Below, piece by piece: positions 37,638 to 49,789 of a stretch of DNA of 64,000 bases. Positions within the stretch are counted from its first letter, which is position 1; each line of letters starts with the position of its first letter. Below the pieces are notes generated by a model, which ran no database searches, was not told the origin of the DNA, and saw nothing but the letters and a program-made list of their open reading frames with translations. The stretch comes from Epiperipatus broadwayi (Eukaryota > Animalia > Onychophora), in NCBI GenBank assembly GCA_028023455.1, contig JAQFVV010000006.1:16926001-16990000 (forward strand). Direction: 5' to 3'. The position numbers and the translations under genes are program-made.

Positions 37638-40459
37638 CTTACCACCCTTTTATAACTTATTCTAAGATGCAATTTTGAAGCTACCACAAACTTTAATAAA
37701 TCCACTCTTGTTTCAATAATTGAGACATACACGCGCACACACAAAGAAACTATTTTTAACTTTATTAATACATTAATCAAGATAATTCTGAAGATAAATA
37801 AAGATCATAAAGCCGACAAACTCTTGACGACTTTCTTGTAATCTTTTATGTAAAAATTAAAACTACATTTAGAAAAATTTATAACCAATTTTTTTAAAAG
37901 TAAAAATAAATAATGGAAGTAATAACTTTAATGATTTTATATTACTGTTATAATGATAAAATCTATTGAGTGCACATTATGAATGTCATATTGAAAGAGA
38001 GGGAGGAAAAAAGAATAAGCAAGGAATTGAAAAGAAAAGTAAAGAGAGTTCAATAAGAAGATGGAGAGAGATCAAAGTTAATGTTGCTCTGACTGCAAAT
38101 GTTTTGCAGATTTCTGCCGGGTCTGAAAACTTTCATTATATTTAAATTCTTCTACTTTGTAAAAATAATTGTAAGAAATGGTTCTTGTAGAAACGCTCAT
38201 CGACATATTTAAATATATATGAAATGTAATAGGAAAAGATCTCTAATAGGTATTTTGTTAACCAACTGTAACAGAAGCCTAAACATATGCTTTGAGGCAG
38301 AAAAAAGATTTTAAGACACCCCTACTCCTGCCTTCTAGTATTGATAATAAAACAAAGGATTTTAATAATGTTTAATTCGTTTGATGTTTACAGACAAAGA
38401 TAATAATCAATAAAATAAAAGTTTGCAAAACAAAAATCATTTTTTCACTATATATTCATCTGTTTGATAATATTGGGAATTAATTTTTCTGCTATAGAAG
38501 TTGTTTCCCCCCCCCCCCCGCCAAAATTTATTGCCACATGCAAAGTGAGACTAGTATTTTGCAAAAAATTTATAGAGAATCCCAAGTATTATTTGATTAA
38601 GTATAAGTAAAATTATATATAGTAAGTCTTGGTATTGTGCTCCTATGCATAAAGTTATGAAACAGTTTTGTCTATATCAGTGACTCTTGATTTTTCAAAG
38701 TCAGAGAATATTTTTGTTTAGGAGAAAAAATTGTGCAACACTAAAATATGCACTAACGTGGCTTTTATTAAAAATCATAGATTACATAAGTTCCTATGTA
38801 TAGTTCTCATGATATATAATAAAATTAAAAATATCTTTTATGCTTCTTAAGGGCTTTGCACCATAAAAATTGATCCATTCTTTTGTTTTGATGAATCCTA
38901 GATTATGAATGAGCCTTTCTGCTAGTATCAATGAATTCATCAATTTGAAAAGTTTATTGGTAACTCTTTTCTCAATATTATCTGAAATATTTTAATTCTA
39001 TTTTTTTATTGCATAGTCCAGATGAGATACTTTTTCGTTCACCAGATAATTTTTATTACATGATTATTCAAAAATATATTCCGCTGGAAAAAGTTTTTTT
39101 TCTGTTTAAATCCGTTATGAAACATTTCAATCCAGAAATTGCAATATGACCTGATAATGCTTAGGTGATGTTATGTTAATGCATAAAAATTCATTCATAA
39201 ACTCATTGATTCTTTCCCATTTTTCCCCTTGTGGAATTAGAATAAGTCGTACCCATTTTAGGAAGATACTAATGATAATCACGATGTAAAAGGCAGTAGT
39301 TTGATTTAATTTGTTGAAAATTATTTTTAATTTTTTTTTTTTTGTTTAAAAAACAAATCTAATCAAAAATGAACTTGAGTGATTGTAGTCAAAATGAATG
39401 TTTTTCTCAAATTCTGACTTGCACGCACAATTCTGAGATTCATAAAATGCAAAAAAAAAAAATTTATAAGTTAGTTCAGTAATTAATTTTTGTTTCTATT
39501 ATATTCTGTAAGCATCTGATCAATGTATTGGTCTTATTTTTATTCATTAGATAAACAAATAAAAAATTCTGTACTTGAATGAAAATCTGAAATGAAAATA
39601 CGACTCAGGCAAGAAGTCATGGAACACTTTATTACATGATTACCATTCTTTATGCTTATATAAGCTGTTAACACAGAGGTAAAACTTCCATACAATAGCA
39701 TCAGTGATTATTCTGGCCTGCACTGATTGGCGCTACTGTAAGTAGAATTTTGCCTCTGTGTCAACACCATATTTGGAGATAATATTACCAATGGTGATCT
39801 TAGCAATCTTAATGTAAAAATTATAACAATTTAATGATAAATTAATAATCTATTTATAGATCCATTCAGGCTTAGTAAATAGACATGCAGTTCTGTTAAA
39901 TTTCAGGTTTGCCACCATTCCTGCTGCTATGGCAGCATGGATGTTGTCATTATAGTTGTTGATAAAGTGTTTTAAAAATTTTAATTCTTTTGATAGAATG
40001 TTCATGAACAAAAGTCATTTCTTCTCTGTGTTATTATTTTTTTATTTTTTGCGACAGTTTAGCGATATGCACAGAATAGCTATAAATATTATTGTGAATG
40101 TTTACAAATCATTAATATAGTAATGACAAAGATACACCTACCGAAAGCTTGGCTTAGTAAAGTAATACATATTGTTTTATACCAAAATTTATTACCGAAA
40201 TAGTTGATAATTATTTACATACTCTTGTAGAATTTATTTTATTACATATTATCTATGGTATATACATATATTATTCTTATATATATATACCAGATGTACC
40301 TGCCTAAATAGGCCTTTGTTTTTCTTAATTGGTTGCTTTAATCAAGTTTTTCTAAAGATTTAATATAAATTAAACAGAAGATTTAATATTAAATAAATAA
40401 ATGTGAGAATTGTATACCGGCCTGAAAAGCTGTCATTTCTATTTCAATTATATGTAACC

Positions 40460-40910
40460 AAAACCAAATGTAAATACAGTACTACTATAGCATCGATCCC
40501 CCCCCCCCCACTAAATATCACATTTCAAACATGAATATATATATATACACATACTGTAATCACATTTTCTTTGCTATTTAAATATTATATCACTGTAGTT
40601 AAAAGCACATGTACTGATTTTTTTCAAAGTGTTTTTTTTATTAATAATGGAATTCTTTTGCATAAACATAATAATATGCTAACCAAAACTAAATGTAAAT
40701 ACAGTGTTATAGCATTTTTCCCCCTCACTAAATATCACATTTCAAACATGGAATTTATGTACTGTAATCATATTTTCTTTACGATTTCGATTTAAATATT
40801 ACCACTGATTTCGATTTAAATACTACCACCGCTGTTGTTAAAAGTACACATACTGGTTTTTTCCCCAACTGTGTTTTATTAATGGCAGAATTATTTCCTT
40901 CACATAAATA
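40460..40910. repeat. Diverged tandem duplication, ~225 bp x 2
   Basis: aaatgtaaatacagt...cactaaatatcacatttcaaacatg...ctgtaatca...ttaaaag(c/t)aca blocks occur twice. Confidence 0.8.
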
Positions 40911-41587
40911 TTTGTAAAAAAAAAAAAAATTGGTTGTGAATTTGATATGTGACAGCTTTACAGAAAATCATACATTCACCAATTAGATAATAGTCTTGCA
41001 GACAAATATTTACATGGATTATATATATATTGCTATTTTTTTCTATCCTTCCCCCCTCATTAGTGAGCTTTGAGGTATAATCTATTAGTAATTTGTTTTA
41101 AAACATGTATTTTTATATTTATATTGTACATATCTTCCAAAATAAAAATAAAGAAAAGTAACTATTTTTTTAATGCATTTGAAGTATTATTTTACTGATG
41201 TCAATTTAAAACAAACATAATAGATTTTTGTATTTTTTTAAAATCTTGAATCAAATTTTCAAAAATGATGACCCCCTTCCCAATGTATAGCTAAAAAACA
41301 TTTAATGAAAAAAATAAGGATGATATATTAAATACTACCCTAAAAGGTTAAACATATTTATTTAATTGTATAAAACTTTATCCAAAACACAGTGAGACTT
41401 ATTTGAAAATGGCTTCTATTTTTTTTTAAAAACTTAATAAAAAAAAATAATATTTATAGTTTAAAATATTATTTAATCAAAAAATGAAGAAAGCATGTTA
41501 ACCAGTCATTTCATTTACCCCAATAGGGACAGTCATTGTTTATCTTGCTGTTGTATATATCTATTTTTAAAAAAAATCTTATTAGAA

Positions 41588-42083
41588 CACGGGTGGGCAA
41601 TTGTTTTGGCTCGGGGGCCGCAGAGGTTGGCAGAGGGCCGCATCAGGGGACACTTTGTGGAAGTAAAGGTTAATGGAGGGCCACACCTTTTTTTCATGAC
41701 ACAATAAACATACTGCTTTATTCCCTGTATTACCAAAAAAAATATTTGTTAATCTACTCTTCATTAAACACCTGACATTCATCACTGATTTTACATTTTT
41801 TCAGAAGGTTCATGGTTTCACTAAAATTGGAAATGTATATATTTTCTAATGCAAAGACAAAATTGAAATTAATCAGATCAACTGGAAAAGCACTGCACAT
41901 CGTATCTACACTGCACATGTGTATTGACATGGCCATCCTAGTGGAAAATATGAGATGAATTTTCGGTCATGCACGGAAAGGAAATTTCAGTTCAAAACGG
42001 ATTTTTCTGATTGTCATGGTGGGCCACATAAAAACTCTTAGCGGGCCGCATATGGCCCTCGGGCCGTTATTTTCCCACCCCTG
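41588..42083 (-). mobile_element. hAT (Buster/Charlie-type) non-autonomous element with 8-bp TSD
   Basis: TSD tattagaa at 41580-41587 and 42084-42091; TIRs cacgggtgggcaa / ttcccacccctg; minus remnants KISDECQVFNEE and NKAVCLLC resemble a Buster/SPIN transposase N-terminus. Confidence 0.9.
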
Positions 42084-42399
42084 TATTAGAAGCATAAATT
42101 CAGAAATGAAAATAATCTGAAATCTAAACTAGCAACTTTCTAAATAAAATATATTTTCCTTGGTAACTTTGCACAGTTACACATGATATTTCTCATTTTT
42201 AAAGAAAGGTGCAGAATATTTAAATGGACCCACTTTAGTATCTGTGACATTTTTAATGAGAATTTTGTGTTAGTTCTTATGTGGCTGATAGAAACAAACA
42301 CATATATTAGAAATAAATAGACACTAGAAAAAATGTTATAATATGTTAGACTATTTTCGTCATCTATCATTAAATGTAGACCACATAGGTTAGTAAATT

Positions 42400-42590
42400 A
42401 CCCTTTTTGGTGTAGTAGTATTCTCCATTCTTCTTCAGGTATTGCTGGCCTAACTAGTGGCAATATTGAGTCGAACTTACACTTTTAAAGTCTTGAATAT
42501 CGAATTTTAAGGCAACACTCTAACCAACTGAGCTATTTTGACAAAGGCAACAGTTATTAGAAATTTCATATACTTATCTCTGTGAAAGCT
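42400..42590 (-). mobile_element. Family A repeat, third copy
   Basis: Minus strand: gataagtatatgaaatttct, tagctcagttgg (42524-42535), gttcgactc (42468-42476), CTGAAGA (42432-42438). Confidence 0.7.
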
Positions 42591-42905
42591 TGGAGTCAAT
42601 TGATCATATATAGAGAATACTATTCCTTATATTTGCAAATTTACTGTTTAATATTATTCTCCTTCAAACAAAATAACTGAAAACATCAGAAAAAGTCTAG
42701 TACATACTTGTGGGAAAAAGAAGCTAAAATAGTGAAGTTGCATGTTGGGAGGTTTAAGATTTTATCATAGCTAATTTTAATATAATAATCTTAAGTCTAA
42801 TAAATAATTATTAATATCATTGATCTATTTATGCAAAGTTGGTAAATTGTGGTTAAGGTAGCTCAAGAGTTTTCAATTAAGTCAAAATACACACACACAC
42901 ACACA

Positions 42906-43888
42906 TACACCTGGGTCTTGTTTTACGCGATAGATAGGTTCCTCAGAAAACATGCGCAAACGAAATCGTGCAAAAATAGACGTAACTCACCGTGAAAAAA
43001 AAAGGGGGGGATACGGACTGTGATTTTTCAAAAATCACGTAAAAGCAAAGCACCAACGTAAAATTACTTTAAAATTCGCGCAAAAAAAAAAAAAAAATAA
43101 GGAAATAAAATATGACTAATAAAAAATTTCAAATTTGAAAAAAATTGATACAAGACAAACTTTTTTTAACTATAATATTTAATTTTATTCAAAACAATAT
43201 ATTTTTATGCATAATTTACAGTAATTTACATTTTTTTAATACACGTTTTAATTATTATCATTATTTGCCGATAAACAGGTTCGTTTGCAAACTGGTAAAA
43301 AATCAGATTCTTAACAAGAGGAAATACAACTAGCGCCAACATCACTCTCATGTTGTGTTAATGGTTTTCTGGTGACAACGTAATTAGTAATTCATCTAAC
43401 AACTAAAAATTAAATTCTTATTTTTGTCTTTAATTTTTTAATTTTCAATTTTAATTGTGCCCACTGCTATTACTCACCTTTTAAAAATAAACTTGCGGAC
43501 ACTAAATGAGTAATAATTGACTATGTTCTTTTTTAAAAAGCAAAAACAGAATGTGATTTAAAATGCAAAATTAACATGCACAATGTTTGAACAAATTTAC
43601 ATTATAATCTTGTAAAATTTAATGTGTGTATACATAAAATGTGGAAATCATGATTTTAATTTCATTATTGCATAAAATCTTACTATTATAAAGCACTGAA
43701 AATATTGAAATTACTAAGATGAAAGTTGAATTCCAGTAATGTGCTATTACTTTCAATATGATGTAAGTGCGCAAAATTTATTATTTAAAGTAATAGCGCA
43801 TTATCGGAGTTCAACTTCCGGAGAAACGTGAATCGCGTAACTTCAAAATCGCGTTAAATAAATCCACGTAAAAGGAGACCCAGGTGTA
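42906..43888 (-). mobile_element. pogo/Tigger-like non-autonomous DNA transposon, copy 2 (more deleted)
   Basis: TAcacctgggtct..ttttacg / cgtaaaaggagacccaggtgTA; colinear with 33296-34543 except for two internal gaps. Strand inferred from copy 1. Confidence 0.85.
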
Positions 43889-44699
43889 TATGATTTTTGA
43901 AAAGGAAACTTTTCCCAACACATTTTGAAGCTGACTGGAAACTTTTCTTCTAAGTACAACGTCATTGCAAAGCTCAAATAAACACAAACATACTCCTTCC
44001 CTAGAGCTATAAGCAAATATAAATATTTATTATAAAGGTTAACGATATATATATATTATATTTAAAACATTTAACTCTGCTTAATCTCCAAACAGTGAAC
44101 ATATTAAAAAAAATATCAATTTTATTGTTTTATAATTTCTTCAGCATGAATTAAAATCGATTTAAATGAATTATTTAGTAATGATTGAATGATTTTTTTT
44201 AAATGTTAAACATTTTCACACGAGTGTTGGTAATCCTGATAATAGAAAGATTATTAGAAGTAGTATTTTAATTTTAAATATTTGTAAAAATGTTATCTAT
44301 TTTTTAATTGACTTAAAAACAAACTGAATTACTGTTGGCATTATTATTTTGTAAATTATGTAACTCTCAAGTTTTTTGCCTGAGTGTAAGTTGAATAATT
44401 AAATAACTAAAAACACACTGTGGCCAAATAACACTTGATCATCATCTATAGTTTTTCATTGTTTGCCATCTTTTTAATATTCTAGTATATCAATTTCAGA
44501 GTTCCTTGCCAAATTTTAATGTGGCCCTATCAATAAAATGCATGTGAGTGATATTAGTAAGGAAGGTTTGTGATAATGCTATTTTAGATCTGATAATATA
44601 TTGGACTATTTCCATCATCTATCATGAAATGTTGAATGTATAGAGAAGTTTAAACCTTTCAAATACAAACAACTGCTAGTAATAACACTCAAATAGACA

Positions 44700-44850
44700 A
44701 CAGAGGTTAGTAGATACACAAGATTGTGCCTGCTATTGTTCTCTGCTTTTCAGGCGTGAGTTCGACCTGTATGTTAGTATTGTCACAGTTCAGGCCCACA
44801 ACACCTGAAGAAGAGTGGAGAATTATACCCCTTGAAACATTGTGTAATCC
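44700..44850 (+). mobile_element. Family A repeat, fourth (diverged) copy
   Basis: gagttcgacc B-box-like motif (~44757), linker tattgtcac..ggcccacaacac, then CTGAAGA-a-gag..ctt-GAAACATT-gtgt (44801-44845). Confidence 0.6.
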
Positions 44851-46573
44851 AATAACATGTGTTGTTAGTGATAGTTGTTTGTATTTGAAAAGTTTAAATA
44901 AAGCTTAAAATTGTCTAGACATTCAACATTTAATGATAGACAATAGAAATAGCCCAAGATATATCACATATTAGCAATGAAATTGTAATTAAAAGCAAAA
45001 GATGTGAATATTTTTAAAATTTATTAAATGGGAACAGTGAATGTTTTCTGGAGAGGTCATGGGGTATTTTTCTATTAAATGGGCCAATAGTTGGAGTTTA
45101 AAATAATATGTTGAAAACTGAACATCCCTTTTGATGTAATTAACAAGTTATTCAGTGATATGTAATTATTAACAAAAGTCCCAGTTGGTCATTGGAGTCT
45201 CATAACATCCAAAGCAACGACAGTTCTTACGATTAGTATTATTCTTATTTCCCTAAACACATTTTTCATAGTTCATTTATTTCTGAGTCAGACTTTGGAA
45301 TGTAAGGTTCTCTTATCGATTCTAGTTTTGACATTTCCAGCAGTCAAATTTTTTATGAACTTTCGAACAAAAAACGTTTCACCTGTTTGTTATATAGATA
45401 ACACACGCATTATTATATCCAGTTTAGTGTGAAGGTCTGTCCAATAGCCCTCACAAAGTAACAGTGAAAGAAAAGGCCTACTCTGCAGGGAGAGTGTGTT
45501 TTCTTCTTCGTTTTTCTATTTACGAATAACTTCCCATTTATGGACCAATGTCGGTTAATTAGCTAGATTGGCTATGGGCCAAATACCTGAAGAAACAAAG
45601 TACTGTTATTTATTTGATGCTTATTTTATATATATATACGCACACACTTATATATTTGAGAATGAAAATTTTTTTTTATCTGTCATAAGCATTAATTGGA
45701 TAATAGGACGTTCAATATATTAATGGATGACTACTTGAATTGTTAACGTATTTTAAACTAGTTTTAATTGAAATAAAAAAAAAAAAAGTATTTTTTTAAA
45801 AATATTTTTTTTCTCCTGTTATTTTAAAACGTTAACAAAAAAGAAAAATAGTATATATATAACTAAATAAAATATTAACAATAGTGGGAAAAAAAAATAT
45901 TTATATAATGTTAATAACAGTAATTATTTATGAAACGCTTCTCTCTAGGCAAATCTATTATGAGGATTATGATAAAGATCAATATTAATTTAATTATAAT
46001 AATTAATGATAGAAATTCCATTATAATATTGATTATTATTATTAAAATGCCTTGTTATTAAATATTATAGAAAACTCGTTATAATAATAAAAAAACAGCG
46101 AGAAATATAATTTAAAATTATAATAAGGGATGGTGACATGCTCTTGATAGAAGAACGGATGATTATAAACTATCATAGAGTAATTTACTAAGAAGGGCAA
46201 AGACGACATATGTTGGAATTGTTTCAGGATCGCATTTTATCTACTAACGGCTGTGACTGGGGAAATCTGCCATTACATAGGACTAGAGAAAAATAATCAA
46301 GTATCTCATATTATCCTAGTGGGGTATTATTTTAGAATTAAGGTAGTAAAAATCTTTCGGTTCAAATTGAGAAACTTTTTATCCAGCTGGTTTCTTGATT
46401 TCTATTCTTTTTCAGATTTGTGAATTTTTCAGATCTTTTATCATTCTATTGCAAACCCAATGCTCCGGTAAAAGAGAGAGAGAAAAAAAATCCCGGCAGT
46501 TCTTTACAATTAAAAAGCTGATTAAGGTGTAGATATGTTATTATTTAAATGTTTGTTTTTAATGTGTGTTTAT

Positions 46574-49339
46574 ACATTTTGATCTCAATGCCCGATTGCA
46601 ATACGTGCCTTTCTCAGATCACCTGGCACTGTTAATATCACTGCAAATTAACCCTAACACATTGGTTCAGACAAATTTTTGTCACACCATAAGACTACTA
46701 AATAAAGTTGCAGCGCCTGAATGGATTTTTTCCGAAGCGTACATCTTATTTAATAAAATTAAAATCCTTTCTCTGCCACCTATCCAAGCATGTTCAGTGT
46801 TTGTCGGAATAATGAGCTCTCTGATTGACTTCCACACACGGAAAACCAAAGGACCCAACCAGCTCCTAAAAGATCTAGACAACATTACTAAAAGGCTAAG
46901 CGAACTCTCTCACACTGACGCTACTGCCCAAGACATCATGGACCTTAAATTGCAATACTATCACAAACAAAAAGTCTTGGCACAATATGTGGCCACCAAA
47001 AGATCTAAAATCTTCTTAAATAATTGACATAACTGGACATGCAGCTACATCAGATGGGCACTGGGAGCTGCCAAAAGGCCGACACCTTTGATAATTTTCA
47101 TAGATCAACATTGCTATAGTGGTCGGGCAATGCTTTCCCAGATTCATAACCATTTTCAACATGAGCTACAAAACTATAACTTTGAGATTGGGAGGGTTTG
47201 GGAAGAACTAGACGGAAACACTAATCACAATATCACCGAATCACAAATAGTACAAAAGCTACAGAACTACCCAGAGAGCACACTTCCGGGACTACCTGGT
47301 ATCCCAAGATTTGTGCTACTGCATCTGAGCCAATACACTGCACCCATAGTCTGACAAATGATTGATATCCTTGCCGGGGACTTCCAGAACATCCCTGACC
47401 TCTACCCAGTTGCACTGGTGCTTTTCTTAAAAAAACAAATCAACCCCTTGAAGCTAATAAACATACACCCAATTTCCATGATTCCACTCCTCATTAAAAC
47501 AATAGAATCCCTAGTTAAAGATTGCATACAAGAACAGATATATAGACACATCTCCAAATATCAATTCACCCGCAAAGGCGCATCCACCAGTAATGCCGTC
47601 CAGCACTTCATACTACTTTCTGAACACGTCAGACTATAAAGAAAATCAAAACCCGTTAGTCATTCAACTAGACTTTTCCTCGGCATTTGACAATGTCGTT
47701 CCATCAATCTTACTACAAACGCTCCATGATTATCAAGTGCCGGATGTTTACATCCGTATTATTGGCAATTTACTATTCAACAGATCGATATTTACCCCTC
47801 TAGATGGAAAGCTTTCAGAGGGATTCAGACCCCATCTATCCATCCCACAGGGATCCTCTTTGGCTACCCTCTCTTTCATAACGTACCTTAATCCCTTTCT
47901 CATGGAAATAGAACACAATATGCCGGTCATATACATGCCAGCACTGAAACATCCAGTTCACCACATCTCATATGTTGATGATGTTTCCATATTCATTCTT
48001 CACAAATCCCAGCTTCAAACTGTAATACAATTCATAAACAAATATGCCAAAAAACTAAATCTTAAAGTCAACTACCAATAAATCTTCCATCTGGAAAATC
48101 AAAACAGGTATAACAATTCCCTCAATATTCATGGCTCAGCCACAATCATTTCTGGGCTTTGCCATTGCCAAGTCTAGATTAGCCATGTCGAAGGACATCT
48201 TGAACTCAATACTAGACAGCTCGCTGTCAAGAATTTCAATATCACTACCCGGCAAGGTTGCCTTACTCAACATGCTAGTCTACCCGAGACTAAGCTACTA
48301 CCTGCCATTCATAAAACCCACCAAAACATTTGAACGATCAATGAACTCGTTATGCTCTAGGCTGCTTTGAAACAGCAAAGTCGTGGCCATAAGCATGGCT
48401 AAAGCTCAAATGCCCAAAGAATCAAATGGGCTCAGCTTGCATTCAGTGTCCATCCTGTACTTCCAAAAAGCTCTGGGAATGCTGCTTGTGGCCAGCCTTG
48501 AACAAACAAACCTAAACCTCACACCGCCAGTGGAGCCCACGGATACACCTCCTCTGCTCGCATGCAAATGGATGATGGATATGTGGACTTATGTCAGAAA
48601 CTCAGCAAACATAACGCAACATACAGTAGAGGAAAAAAATACATATTGGCAAACATACAAACTCAAATACACCAATCAAACCATTTTACAGAATGATCCA
48701 GGGTTAAACAATAAACAGCTCATAGCAAAATCGAAAAAATTGGTTCTTAGAACCAAAATACATTGACTTTCTGCTAAAGATCAACCTTTCCTCTCTGCCA
48801 ACATATCATTTTCTGATGTGGAAAGGAGGGTTTAGCAAGATCAACCTTCAATCTCAACTATGTGCCACAGCAGATGAGACAATTCATCACCTTCCGTATT
48901 TCTGCCCTTTTCTCAAGCCGATCAGATCCTTTATTAATGAAAGCATGTCGCTCGATATTAGAGAAGTTTTAGTCATCCAAAAGGCTATAAAGAGTGGCAT
49001 ATTCTCAAAAATCAGAATCGCCATTATTCTAACCGTTGCAATCTGGCTATCCAGATGCTAGTGTATATTTGAAAATGCTAATCGTGGTATCTGCAACATC
49101 TATATCAAATTACTCAAGCGGCTCACGAACAGAGATAGATTGCTGGCTTGGGATTGGCTTTTCCACGAAACCTGGGCTGAGGTCACTCTCCCAGAGGAGT
49201 GAAGGAGGGCAATGGCCCCCAGTCTCAGACCACAGCGTTCTACAGAGTGAATGCTTTGCAACAGTATAAAATAGCTATGTATAGATAAACATGTTCAATT
49301 GTATCTAATAAATTTTAATTTATTTTAATAAAAAAAAAA
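46574..49339 (+). mobile_element. 5'-truncated L1/Tx1-like LINE with 10-bp TSD
   Basis: TSD gtgtgtttat at 46564-46573 and 49340-49349; APE end (FSDH), RT (LDFSSAFDNV, IPQGSSL, YVDD), PKESNGL, CATADETIHHLPYFC knuckle, poly(A). Many stops and frameshifts. Confidence 0.9.
47593..48081 (+). pseudogene. Reverse transcriptase core remnant of the L1/Tx1-like element
   Basis: QLDFSSAFDNV, IPQGSSLATLSF, SYVDD, LNLKVN. Confidence 0.9.
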
Positions 49340-49789
49340 GTGTGTTTATTGTAAAATGTTTAAGGTCATCTTTGAATTTATTGTTTGAATAATAGAAAAA
49401 TTTAGTAAGTATTCGAAATTAAAGTATTCTACTTACACTTTAGCAATGCCTATCTTTTAGAATAGTAGTTGTAGTTGACACGTATGTTACTATATAATTA
49501 TCAGATTATTTCTTTCTATAAACAGATTCCCTGTATTATTGTTTTTCCATATTTGAGTTTATTTTCAATGTGCCCTTGAAAAATGGTGAATTGATATTCT
49601 AATTGCTTACAGTAAATTATGGATAAAATTTTTTACAGGTATATATTATTTAATATAAGCAATACATATAGTAATTAATGGTTGCACTGTAGAAATAAAT
49701 GTTTAATAAGAGATGATCTGAAACTTTTATAAATATCTTTCATATTTTACATTATTATTATTCATTTTACTAACAATTATTCACTAACT

